The notes: generated by a model from the sequence alone, not told the origin. A stretch of DNA of 64,000 nt from Terrimicrobiaceae bacterium (GCA_041752695.1 JBGSVZ010000009.1:32001-96000); one strand, 5' to 3'. Shown: positions 10,183-19,266, counted from the stretch's first letter. Made by a program: numbers and translations.

Positions 10183-11643
10183 TTAGCGGGAGGCCGTGGC
10201 ACGGTTGAGCCGGCGGCTTCCGAAGGCAAAAATGCAGAGGACTCCTCCGAGGAGGAACACAAAGGTGGTGGGCTCGGGGACGGCATAGGACAGCACACCG
10301 GTGGATTCCGTGAAGGTGAATCCGGTGCCGTTGGTCCAGACGTTAGCCGTCTCGGTGAATCCGGTGATGGCGAAGGTCCCACCGTAGATTTCGGCAGTCG
10401 AGCCGAGGGAGACGATGGTCCACGAGTTGCCGTCCACCAGCGAAGCCCCGGTGAGATTGAAGTTGAATGTCCCATCAAGCGTAACCACTCCGATACTGGA
10501 ACCATTGAGCTGGTTGTTCACGCCATTGGCCCCGATGGTGAACGCGAGAGAACCGGCGTTGGCAAGAGTGAACGCACCCGCATTGATGGTGAGATCGCCG
10601 GAAGAGGAATTGGCCCCTCCGATGATAAGCGTGCCAGCGCCGGTTTTGACCATATCGCCGGTGCCGGAGATCGCTCCATTAAAAGTGCCGCTGGTCGAGG
10701 TCAGGAGAGCAAGGTTGGCGTCCAGGGCGAGAGTGCCCGTGAGCAAAACCCCGCCAGTCTGATTGGTTGTGAGAGTTTTGATACCACTGCTCCCGTCACG
10801 CACCGTGATGTTGTTGGTGAAGGCGGATGAGGACCGAACGTTCAGCGTCGCATTGCCGCTGCCTGTGGTGTCGCCGAGCAGGACCGCACCGCTGCCGAGA
10901 CTCCCAAAAGCGCTCAGCGCGCCCTGTTCAATCGTGGTCCCTCCGCGGTAAGTATTCGCAGCTCCCTGAATGGTGACCAGGCCGGAACCGGCGGAGTCGA
11001 TCGTAATGGATAATGGGTCCGCCAGGGTATCGTTGACATTGAGTGCGAAAAGAATATTTCCGGTGGACGCCGCGTTGAGCGTGAGGGGGACGGCACCGGA
11101 ACCAGGGTTGGTCGTGAGGGTGCGGACCGTGAGGGTGCTGGCAGAGTTGTTGGTCCACGTTTGCGAGGCCGCGAGTCGGACCGACAAAGTATTCGTTGAG
11201 ATGCCCACATTAACGTTGCCGGAACTGGCCCCCAACGTGAGGCCTCCACTCCCGAGGACGAGGTTGCGGTTGGCGTCCTGCGCGAGAATGGTCGCGCCAC
11301 TGGTATTGAACGTCAGGGAATTGGCACTGATGCTGGTGTTAACCGTGACCGCCCCGCCGACCGCGTTGGCGGGTGTTGTGTTGAATGTTAGATCATCACT
11401 CAACGAATTCGGTGCCGTCCCGGCGACAGTCGTGCCCGCAGCGTCGGTGTACCAGTTTGCAGCCGTGGCCACATTGCCGCTATAGGTGCCTGAGACGACT
11501 GTTGTTTGTCCCCAAAAATAGGGGGCGGCGAACGCCTTCGGGCTGATGACAGCGAGCGAAAAGACGGCCATCAGCGCCGTGGTTTTGAGCGAACGGGAGC
11601 AGGTTGTGGATTTCATGGAGTGGGTGGGGTTCGGATTGTTCAT
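10183..11643 (-). CDS. PEP-CTERM surface protein with autotransporter-associated beta-strand repeats
   Basis: Signal peptide; ANTYRGGTTIEQGAL, KTGAGTLIIGGANS; C-terminal VPEP + hydrophobic helix + RR. Confidence 0.9.
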   Translation of the reverse strand: MNNPNPTHSMKSTTCSRSLKTTALMAVFSLAVISPKAFAAPYFWGQTTVVSGTYSGNVATAANWYTDAAGTTVAGTAPNSLSDDLTFNTTPANAVGGAVTVNTSISANSLTFNTSGATILAQDANRNLVLGSGGLTLGASSGNVNVGISTNTLSVRLAASQTWTNNSASTLTVRTLTTNPGSGAVPLTLNAASTGNILFALNVNDTLADPLSITIDSAGSGLVTIQGAANTYRGGTTIEQGALSAFGSLGSGAVLLGDTTGSGNATLNVRSSSAFTNNITVRDGSSGIKTLTTNQTGGVLLTGTLALDANLALLTSTSGTFNGAISGTGDMVKTGAGTLIIGGANSSSGDLTINAGAFTLANAGSLAFTIGANGVNNQLNGSSIGVVTLDGTFNFNLTGASLVDGNSWTIVSLGSTAEIYGGTFAITGFTETANVWTNGTGFTFTESTGVLSYAVPEPTTFVFLLGGVLCIFAFGSRRLNRATASR

Positions 11644-11706
11644 GGGGAAGCGAGGTTGGATGTGAGAGAAACTTAGGGAGTCGGTGAAAATTGTGATAAA
11701 AGAGGC

Positions 11707-12435
11707 CTACCAGTCCGGCCCCGAATAGTGGGACCAACCCCAGGTATAGCCAGCGGGGTTGAGAGGGTGAGGACTGGCATTAAGCAAGGCCCTCGAGAAC
11801 GTCTCCACGTGCCCATCCGCCATGAGGATGTTGCTGGCATCGTTGGGATGCCAGTTGCTCCGGTAATAGGAAGCCGTCTGGGCCGTTTTGTAACCCGGCT
11901 CGCTGGCCCGTACGGTCTGCTCAAAAACCAGAATCGTGGCGGACGGCCTCTGGAGTTGGTCATAGGCGCCGGAGATCGGAACCCGGTTGGTCGCCGCCCC
12001 CTTGCTTAGGATCCCCCGCTGGGCGGAGTTGGCCATGACGTAGCAATTCCCCGACAACGAATGAAAGGCTGGCCGTCCGCCGGCCACCAAATCGGACGGG
12101 CATCGAAAAACCTTTGCTTCCGGCAAATAAGGATGCAAAGGCCGTGTCTCCGAGGTCGGACCGCCCCAGGTTCCCTGTCCGCCCCCCCAGTAATACATCT
12201 GATAGGTGTCAAACGACGGAAACCTGCGGTTGTTTTCCGCCAGATATTGGTGCCAGGCCACGCCGATCTGCCGGAGATTGTTGAGACATCCCGCCTGGCT
12301 CGCCGTCTTTCGCAACTTGACTAAGCCGGCACTGCCAATGGCCACCAGGACACTGACAATGGCGACCGCGGCCAGAAGCTCAATGAGCGTGAACGCCGCG
12401 TTGCGGTGCTCGATTGATGGATTTTGTCTTTGCAT
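11707..12435 (-). CDS. Prepilin-type N-terminal cleavage/methylation protein with H-X9-DG-type C-terminal motif (DUF1559-like)
   Basis: A|FTLIELL, CLNNLRQIG, FRCPSD and HPNDASNILMADGHV (H to DG spacing is 10 here). Confidence 0.9.
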   Translation of the reverse strand: MQRQNPSIEHRNAAFTLIELLAAVAIVSVLVAIGSAGLVKLRKTASQAGCLNNLRQIGVAWHQYLAENNRRFPSFDTYQMYYWGGGQGTWGGPTSETRPLHPYLPEAKVFRCPSDLVAGGRPAFHSLSGNCYVMANSAQRGILSKGAATNRVPISGAYDQLQRPSATILVFEQTVRASEPGYKTAQTASYYRSNWHPNDASNILMADGHVETFSRALLNASPHPLNPAGYTWGWSHYSGPDW

Positions 12436-12465
12436 GGGGGGATTTCGGCTGACCGATTCGGCTCG

Positions 12466-13128
12466 TTATTTTTTCCCGCCCCAGATCGCGATCTCACCGA
12501 CCACCAGCTGGTTGTATTTGCGGGCGGTATGATCTTCGTTCCAGTGGCTGAGATAGACTTTGACATACCGCGCCTTGGTCGGCGCGGACGCGGCGATCAC
12601 GATCTCCGTATTGCGGCCCGCATCGGCTTCCGCAGAGTCCAGGGCGACCTTGGAGCCGTCCCACGTGCCGAGCGGAGAGTAAGTAACTCCGTCCGTGCTA
12701 CCAAAGGCCTGAAAGGTGGCCGTGCCCCGGCTGGAATCCTCCTTAACGGAGGCCGAGACCTTTTCGACATCATAGATTTCATTGAGATCAAAGACCACCG
12801 TCGCGCCGTATTCGCTTTGCCAACCGCCGTAAATTGCCGTGTTGCCCACCCGTTCATTGTAGCCGTCGAGCAACCGTTCCTGGCTCTTTGGCAACTCAAG
12901 AATGTGCGGATCGGTGTTGCCCATGGCCTTTTCCGTGGCATCGCCGGTGACGAAAGTATACGCCGCGGCGGTCGCGATCCGGTCCGGTGACGACACTTTG
13001 CTAGTGGTTCCCGGATAGGACGCGGAACCTGTGCGGGACACATTGTCCGACAATAGGCTGGAAGCTTGAGCAGGCACCACGGCTAAAAACGCGAGGCCAA
13101 TGGTGACGATAGTGGCGTGTAATTTCAT
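12466..13128 (-). CDS. Secreted discoidin (F5/8 type C)-like putative carbohydrate-binding protein
   Basis: Signal peptide (AQA-SS); LLDG, VVFDL, GSTDGVTY, ARYVKV and VGEIAIWG motifs. Confidence 0.75.
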   Translation of the reverse strand: MKLHATIVTIGLAFLAVVPAQASSLLSDNVSRTGSASYPGTTSKVSSPDRIATAAAYTFVTGDATEKAMGNTDPHILELPKSQERLLDGYNERVGNTAIYGGWQSEYGATVVFDLNEIYDVEKVSASVKEDSSRGTATFQAFGSTDGVTYSPLGTWDGSKVALDSAEADAGRNTEIVIAASAPTKARYVKVYLSHWNEDHTARKYNQLVVGEIAIWGGKK

Positions 13129-13135
13129 AAGCAGA

Positions 13136-14185
13136 CTAGGCAAAATTTTGCGCCGGAAGACGGAGGATTCCCGACTTGCGGGGTGGAGCGCAGGACTTGC
13201 GGACGATCAGTTCGCCCCGGATGATTTTTTTCGGGAGTACAAAGAGGTTGTTTTTGAGTTTCCTGTCCACCCATTGGGCGGCCAAAGCACCCATGTCGCG
13301 CAGTGGCTGGCGCATGGTTGTGATGGGCGGATTATAAAAATTGCTGGTGGGATTGTCATCGTAGCCTACCACAGAAATATCTTCCGGCACGCGGAGGCCG
13401 TATTCGGCGCAGGCACTCACCGCACCATAAGCCATGGCGTCGTTGTTCGCAAAAATCGAAGTGACCTCGGGGTGTTTGTCGAGGAGTTGGCGGGCCTGAT
13501 CATAACCCGCCTGTTCGGTCACCGCGGTGGGACGGTGGGGCACGATCCAGCCGGGCTCGGGCAGAACTCCCTCGGCAAGCATCGCTTGTTTGTAGGCCGC
13601 AATACGCTCTTGATTGTCGACCATGCCTTCAATCTGGCCGCAAAGATAACCGATTTTCCGGTGTCCAAGACGGAGCAGGTATTCGGTTTGCTCACGCGCC
13701 CCGCGGTGATTGTCGCAATCAATAAAGCCAATACCCTCGAATTCGGTGCGATTGGCGATGAGCACCGTCGGCACGCGGGCCGCCACCAATTCTCGCGCAT
13801 CTTCCGGGTCGAGAGGCGCAATGAGAACGGCGCCATTACAACGCTTTTTCCGCAGCTGCTCTGTGAGGGTCAACGTCGCGTCCCCATCGCGCGTCCTGGG
13901 GCCGTGGTACAGAAGGGTCGTTTCCACTCCTTGTTCGTAGGCGTAGGTCGAAACACCCGTGAAAACCTGGGCAAAAAAACTGTCGAACGACGTGGAACCG
14001 GCGGACACCACCATCCCGATGCGGGCTCCGCGACGGATATTGTCCCGGGGACGGTAACCCTTGCTTTCGATGACCGCCAGTGTCTTGCGCCTCAGCTCCT
14101 CACTGACGCCACTCTCGTTGTTGATCACCCGCGAAACGGTGGCGACAGAGATGCCGGAGGCCTTGGCAATGGAGGAGATATTCAT
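13136..14185 (-). CDS. LacI-family transcriptional regulator
   Basis: ISSIAKASGISVATVSRVIN HTH; IFANNDAMAYG, VPEDISVVGYDD and PPITTMRQP sugar-binding domain motifs. Confidence 0.95.
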   Translation of the reverse strand: MNISSIAKASGISVATVSRVINNESGVSEELRRKTLAVIESKGYRPRDNIRRGARIGMVVSAGSTSFDSFFAQVFTGVSTYAYEQGVETTLLYHGPRTRDGDATLTLTEQLRKKRCNGAVLIAPLDPEDARELVAARVPTVLIANRTEFEGIGFIDCDNHRGAREQTEYLLRLGHRKIGYLCGQIEGMVDNQERIAAYKQAMLAEGVLPEPGWIVPHRPTAVTEQAGYDQARQLLDKHPEVTSIFANNDAMAYGAVSACAEYGLRVPEDISVVGYDDNPTSNFYNPPITTMRQPLRDMGALAAQWVDRKLKNNLFVLPKKIIRGELIVRKSCAPPRKSGILRLPAQNFA

Positions 14186-14222
14186 CAGTGGCGAAGCAGA
14201 CAGCAATCTAGGGGGACAACTG

Positions 14223-14261
14223 AAAGTTACGAAACTTTATGATCTAAATATTGAAAGTCAA
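14223..14261 (-). promoter_or_regulatory. Sigma70-like promoter (TTGACT-16-TAAAGT) overlapped by a LacI-type operator AAAGTTACGAAACTTT
   Basis: 14/16 palindrome with central CG at 14223-14238; -35 at 14261-14256 and -10 at 14239-14234 on the minus strand, upstream of the LacI gene. Confidence 0.7.
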
Positions 14262-14419
14262 CCCCTGTTTTTCTAAAAAACGCCAAGACGAAGCACCCTA
14301 TGAGACAGTTCGTCCGATCCCCGGCATCCAACTCCCAGCGGGTTCAGTCCGGAGGGAAAAAATCCTCGCCAGCGCGAAGGACACTTCCCCCAAAAGCAAA
14401 TTTGACGACAATCGCGCGG

Positions 14420-14797
14420 ATGAAACTCTTTTCCCTCCTCGTCTGCCTGCTTCTCGCGGCCTGCACCCAGGCCCCCCTGACTCGTCCGGGCGCGGGAAAA
14501 CCCTTCGGCCCTTTAAATCCCGGCGGGCCGGTCTTCCAGCCCGTGGAGATCCTTGTGGCCGACCCGATGCCCGCCGATCCACCCTTTGGCAAATACTTCG
14601 CCAACGATCAACCGCCTGTTCCGCATGGAATGGCCGACCCGTATTGGATCACCGGCTACTGGGGATGGAAGGAACCGGATTGGGAATGGATTGCCGGGCG
14701 CTGGGTGGAACGCCCGCGAGCCGGCGTGATCTGGATCAATCCGCGCTATTATCAAACCGGCGGCCAGCAATACTGGGTCGCCGGGTATTGGGAGTGA
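14420..14797 (+). CDS. Lipoprotein with YXWGXW/WXXGXW repeats
   Basis: LLLAAC lipobox; YWITGYW, WIAGRW and YWVAGYW repeats. Confidence 0.8.
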   Translation: MKLFSLLVCLLLAACTQAPLTRPGAGKPFGPLNPGGPVFQPVEILVADPMPADPPFGKYFANDQPPVPHGMADPYWITGYWGWKEPDWEWIAGRWVERPRAGVIWINPRYYQTGGQQYWVAGYWE

Positions 14798-14799
14798 GG

Positions 14800-15978
14800 T
14801 CAGTCCCGCAGTTTCGCCTTGAACCCGGCAATCACCCCGAGCGCCTCGTCCACCGGGGCCAGCACACTGACGTGCCCCATTTTGCGGCCCGCCCGCGCTC
14901 CGCTTTTTCCATAAAGGTGCAACTTCGCGCGTGGCTCGGAAAGGATCACGCTCCAGTCCGGCTCACCCTTCTCCCATAAGTGCCCGAGGAGGTTCCACAT
15001 CACGACAGGAGTGAGCAAATCCGGAGCCCCCAGCGGCAGGGCGCAGACGGCGCGCAATTGCTGCTCGAACTGACTCGTGGTGCAGGCGTCCAAGGTGTAG
15101 TGGCCGGAATTATGCGGGCGCGGGGCCAGTTCGTTGACTAGCAGTTCGCCGTCCTTCGTGAGGAAAAATTCCACCGCAAGCAACCCGACAACGTCCAACG
15201 ATGCCGCGATGCTCTCCGCAATGCGGCCTGCGTCTGCGATCACTTCCGGCGTAAACCGGGCGGGAACAATCGAGAGGTCAAGAATGTGGTCCTTGTGAAT
15301 ATTCTCGGAGGCCGGAAACGCCACGGCCCGGCCATCCGTGCCGCGGGCCACCACCACCGATAACTCCGCCTGAAAGGGGATCCATTTTTCGAGCACACCC
15401 CGGGGCGCATCGAATTTCTCCCAGACGACCGCCGCGTCCACCGCACCTTCGAGTTTCATCTGGCCCTTGCCGTCGTAGCCGAAATCCGCCGTCTTCAGCA
15501 CGGACGGCGTGCCGATTTCCTCCAGCGCCTCGCGGAGTCCGTCGGCGGACTCCACCACGGCAAACGGCGCATGCGGAAACCCGTTGGCCCGCAGAAAGGC
15601 TTTCTCCCGCTCGCGGTTCTGGCAGATATGCAAAACTTCGCCACGCGGACGCACCGGGGCGCGGCGCTCGACCTCACGGATGGCCGAAAGGGGGATGTTT
15701 TCAAACTCGAACGACACCACATCGACCCCATCCGCAAAATCCCCCAGCGCCGCCACATCCGAGAAGGGCGCGTTGACTTCCACGTCGCTGATTTGTCCGG
15801 CGGGACTGTCCGGACTCGGTTCAAACGCATGCACCCGATATCCCATGCGGCGGGCCGCGATGCCGAACATCCGGCCGAGCTGGCCGCCACCGAGAATTCC
15901 GACTTTCGCACCCGGACCGATGGAATTCCTTTTCGGCAGGGCGGGGGTTTCACTAGACTGTAAGGCTTCTTTTCGCAT
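14800..15978 (-). CDS. purK: N5-carboxyaminoimidazole ribonucleotide synthase
   Basis: GILGGGQLGRM, FEFEN, GYDGKGQ, NELAPRPHNSGH, LYGK...GRKMGH; start codon uncertain. Confidence 0.93.
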   Translation of the reverse strand: MRKEALQSSETPALPKRNSIGPGAKVGILGGGQLGRMFGIAARRMGYRVHAFEPSPDSPAGQISDVEVNAPFSDVAALGDFADGVDVVSFEFENIPLSAIREVERRAPVRPRGEVLHICQNREREKAFLRANGFPHAPFAVVESADGLREALEEIGTPSVLKTADFGYDGKGQMKLEGAVDAAVVWEKFDAPRGVLEKWIPFQAELSVVVARGTDGRAVAFPASENIHKDHILDLSIVPARFTPEVIADAGRIAESIAASLDVVGLLAVEFFLTKDGELLVNELAPRPHNSGHYTLDACTTSQFEQQLRAVCALPLGAPDLLTPVVMWNLLGHLWEKGEPDWSVILSEPRAKLHLYGKSGARAGRKMGHVSVLAPVDEALGVIAGFKAKLRD

Positions 15979-17911
15979 GTTGGACCGTCTCATTTACTGG
16001 CTCGCGCTCGGCTTGGTCACTCTGATCCGTCGTCTGCCCCTCGCAGTGTGCTTTGCCCTTGGCCAGTTTCTTGGCGCAGTGTTGTGGGCAATCCTGCCCG
16101 GCTACCGCAAGCTCGCAAGGGAAAATCTTACCATCGCGTTTGGCGGTCAGGGCTCGGCCACCCCGACGGACTGGCAGAAGACCCCCGCCGAGATCCGTCG
16201 CCTCACCTTCCAACATTTCACCACGCTCGGGGCCAACGCCGTCTGCGCCTTTAAAATGGCCGCCCTCTCGCAGGAGGAAATCCTCCGCGTCGCGCCCATC
16301 GAAAACCTCGACCGGATCAAACGCAACATCGCCGCCGGACGCGGCGTGGTCCTCGCCATCAATCACATCGGCAACTGGGAACTCTACGCCCAGTTGGTTT
16401 TCCAGGTTCCGGAAGCCCGCTTCGGCACCGTCTATCAGGCCCTGCGCAATAAGGACCTCGACCGCCTGATCAACGGCGACCGGGGCAAACAAGGCGTCGC
16501 GACGTTTGATCGGAAACGCGGCTTCAACGGCGCCATCGCCCTCCTCCGCGAACCCGGCATCCTCGGCGTGCTGGTGGACCAAAGTGCCGGCGACGGCGGC
16601 ACCTGGATGCCGTTTTTCAACCGCCTTGCCTCCACCTCCCCCCTCGCCGCCGCCCTGGCCATCCGCACGGAATCGGTCGTCGTCCCAGTCGCCATCTACA
16701 CCACCGGCTTTGCGAAATGGCGCGTCGTCCTGCGCGACGAGATCCCCTACGACCCCGCCAAACCCGACACTCTCACCCACGACATCAACACCGTCCTGGC
16801 CGAGCAAATCCGCGAGTCCCCCGCCGACTGGTTCTGGGTGCACAACCGCTGGAAAACGCCGCTGCCGAATTTTCTCACTGCCGGCCAGAAACGCGGCACC
16901 TTCCTGCCGCCCGACTGCGACGTGTCCACCCTCCAGCCGTTCCGCATGCTCATCCGCTCGCCCAACTGGCTGGGCGACGCCGTGATGAGCATCCCCACCG
17001 CACGCACGTTTAAACTCGGTCGCCCCGACGCCCGGCTGACCATCCTCTCTCCCGCCAAACTCGCCCCGCTCTGGCAGGCCGTGCCCGAGGTGGACGAAGT
17101 GATTGCTTTCGAGCCCAGGCAATCCGTTTTCTCCATCGCGAAAAAAATCCGCGGCCGTTTTGAAGTCGCCATCCTTTTTCCGAACTCCCTCCGCAGCTCC
17201 CTCGAAATCTGGCTGGCCGGCATTCCTCGCCGCGTCGGGTATCACGGACACTCCCGGCACCGCCTGCTCAACCAAATCATCAGCGAACCGAAAAAGAAAA
17301 AAGCGCCCAAGCCCGTCCACCACGCCGACCGCTACTGGCGCATGGCCGACCGCTGTGGCGCACTCGCTCCCCCCGCCCGGGAGCCCGCTGCGGCCATTCC
17401 GTCGCAGGAAAACATCGTCATCGGGATCTGTCCCGGCGCCGAATACGGTCCGGCGAAACGCTGGCCCACCGAACGCTTCCGGGAAACCATGCAACTCGTT
17501 TCCGCCCGTCTCGCGTGCACCTGGGTGATCGTCGGCACGGCGGCCGACGCCCCGCTGGCGGCCGAAATTACCGCCGGCTTCGAGGGTAAGGTGGATGACC
17601 TCACCGGAAAAACCTCCCTCGATGGCCTCATCACCAGGCTCCGCACGTTTTCCGCGCTGCTCACCAACGACACCGGGACGATGCACCTGGCCGACTGGCT
17701 GGACGTCCCGCTCGTCGCGGTTTTCGGCTCCACCGAACCCCGTCTCACCGGCCCCCGCGCGGTGCACAGCAGCGTTCTTCGTCACCAGGTGGAATGCAGC
17801 CCATGTTTTCTCCGGGATTGCCCGCTTGATTTCCGCTGCATGAAGGCCATCACCCCCGCGGAAGCCGCCGAGGCCTTGCTGCGCCTCCTTCCCAGCCAGC
17901 CTTCCCTGTAA
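15977..17911 (+). CDS. waaF: Fusion of lipid A late acyltransferase (LpxL/HtrB family) and heptosyltransferase II (GT9)
   Basis: N-half HIGNWE, LVDQ, WFWVHNRWK; C-half PNWLGDAVM, CPGAEYGPAKRWP, TNDTGTMHLA, CSPCFLRDCP; one frame with no stop. Confidence 0.88.
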   Translation: MLDRLIYWLALGLVTLIRRLPLAVCFALGQFLGAVLWAILPGYRKLARENLTIAFGGQGSATPTDWQKTPAEIRRLTFQHFTTLGANAVCAFKMAALSQEEILRVAPIENLDRIKRNIAAGRGVVLAINHIGNWELYAQLVFQVPEARFGTVYQALRNKDLDRLINGDRGKQGVATFDRKRGFNGAIALLREPGILGVLVDQSAGDGGTWMPFFNRLASTSPLAAALAIRTESVVVPVAIYTTGFAKWRVVLRDEIPYDPAKPDTLTHDINTVLAEQIRESPADWFWVHNRWKTPLPNFLTAGQKRGTFLPPDCDVSTLQPFRMLIRSPNWLGDAVMSIPTARTFKLGRPDARLTILSPAKLAPLWQAVPEVDEVIAFEPRQSVFSIAKKIRGRFEVAILFPNSLRSSLEIWLAGIPRRVGYHGHSRHRLLNQIISEPKKKKAPKPVHHADRYWRMADRCGALAPPAREPAAAIPSQENIVIGICPGAEYGPAKRWPTERFRETMQLVSARLACTWVIVGTAADAPLAAEITAGFEGKVDDLTGKTSLDGLITRLRTFSALLTNDTGTMHLADWLDVPLVAVFGSTEPRLTGPRAVHSSVLRHQVECSPCFLRDCPLDFRCMKAITPAEAAEALLRLLPSQPSL

Positions 17912-17950
17912 GACACACCGCGGGACGCTACGCCATCCCCAGGGGCAGTT

Positions 17951-18136
17951 CTACTCCTGCTCCTTAAGAGGAAGTTTTTCGTTCTCGTCATAGTCGCCGC
18001 CTTTGCGACGGAGTTGGTCGATCTCTTCCCGCGTGGCATCGGACTTTGCATCCTCCGCGACCGTGTCACGGGATTCTTTCAGGGGTTCGTCCAAGGTTTC
18101 CTTCACGGCCTTCGTTTTGGGATCGGGTGTTTTCAT
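17951..18136 (-). CDS. Small hydrophilic hypothetical protein (61 aa)
   Basis: Fills an intergenic gap; charged composition and plausible codon use. Confidence 0.55.
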   Translation of the reverse strand: MKTPDPKTKAVKETLDEPLKESRDTVAEDAKSDATREEIDQLRRKGGDYDENEKLPLKEQE

Positions 18137-18296
18137 CCCAGAAATTCGCAGGGGACCTCACCCATGGATGGCCACGCGGGTGCTTTCGCTGTCGGAACTG
18201 GCTGATTCACGAACAAAATCTTTTTGCGTGGCAGGACGAACGCGGCGGGATAATTTGCAGGAACCAAGGGCGGAAACTCTCCCTTGGACCAATGCG

Positions 18297-18503
18297 ATGA
18301 AAATGAGATTTTTGCTTTTGCTGCCCCTGGCTTTCGCCGCCTGCGCCCAGGAACCCGACACGGAAACGGCTGAACTCACGGCGTACTACGCCCGCCGGGG
18401 GGATGAAATGGCCACAACGTTCCAGCGCGCGCAAACCACGGATGCGAAAACCGTCAAGTCTCCCCAAATGGGACCCAAGGCGCAGCCAAAGCCCTCGTAC
18501 TGA
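18297..18503 (+). CDS. Small lipoprotein (68 aa)
   Basis: MKMRFLLLLPLAFAAC lipobox. Confidence 0.7.
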   Translation: MKMRFLLLLPLAFAACAQEPDTETAELTAYYARRGDEMATTFQRAQTTDAKTVKSPQMGPKAQPKPSY

Positions 18504-18507
18504 CCGA

Positions 18508-19119
18508 CTACGGTTTTCTCTCCGTGCCAGTGCCATCATCGCCGCTCACCAGGCCGGACAAGCCCGCGATGAGTTTGGCTGGCTGGACGGGTTTGGACAC
18601 GAAAAGGTCGTAACCCGCGTCGAGCGCCGCATGGCGGTCCTCCGCCGACGAATAGGCGGAAAGGGCAATGCCCGGAATGTGCGATCCCTTGGCCCGCAGA
18701 CGCCGAATGAACTCAATGCCGCTCATTTCCGGCATGCCGATGTCGCTCACAATGGCGTCGAATTTTTTTTCATTGAGCAACTCCAGGGCTTTCGGCGCGG
18801 AAGCCACGCACGTCACATCGGCCCCGCTGGCCTCGAGAATGAGGGCGAGGAGCGTGCTGATGTCGGGGTTGTCCTCCACCGTGAGCACACGCAAGCCGGC
18901 AAGTTCGGCCTCGGGAAGGTCCCGTTTCCGCGTCTCCCGGTGCCGCAGGGCGTTTTCGCGTTCGACCTCATACCGGCTGATCACCCGCTGAAAAAACTCC
19001 CGCACATTGACCGGCCCACCGTCGTAATCAATCTCCTCCACCCAGTCGGCGACTTGGTCGAATTGGACGAGGAGACGGTCCACTTCTTTGCGGAGTTGTA
19101 AAAGATCTTTGTGTTCCAT
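18508..19119 (-). CDS. CheY-like receiver protein with N-terminal helical extension
   Basis: VLTVEDN, IVSDIGMPEMSG, ALSAY and FVSKPV receiver motifs. Confidence 0.88.
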   Translation of the reverse strand: MEHKDLLQLRKEVDRLLVQFDQVADWVEEIDYDGGPVNVREFFQRVISRYEVERENALRHRETRKRDLPEAELAGLRVLTVEDNPDISTLLALILEASGADVTCVASAPKALELLNEKKFDAIVSDIGMPEMSGIEFIRRLRAKGSHIPGIALSAYSSAEDRHAALDAGYDLFVSKPVQPAKLIAGLSGLVSGDDGTGTERKP

Positions 19120-19194
19120 GACGCGCTTGGCAAAGGAGGATACGTGCCGGGGCGACCGCTCGGTTCCCTCTGCATGAGATTAAAGAAGCACGAA

Positions 19195-19266
19195 TGGACA
19201 GTGAGGGGATCGAACCCCCGACCAACTCGGTGTAAACGAGCCGCTCTACCGCTGAGCTAACTGTCC
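19195..19266 (-). tRNA. tRNA-Val (anticodon TAC), CCA not encoded
   Basis: GGACAGT acceptor stem, TAGCTCAGCGGTAGAGC D arm, CTCG-TTTACAC-CGAG anticodon arm, GGTTCGATCC T arm. Confidence 0.96.

Noticed and set aside
15509..15976. N-terminal extension of the 800-aa ORF
   Set aside because: Antisense to purK; the LpxL-like sequence begins at ATG 15977.
16145..16170. Weak hairpin GTCAGGG...CCCCGAC in the LpxL domain as another coding REP
   Set aside because: Short, mismatched and without a GTAG/GGAG end; expected by chance at this GC content.
17900..19266. Prophage or integrative element at tRNA-Val
   Set aside because: No integrase, phage genes or duplicated tRNA 3' end found.
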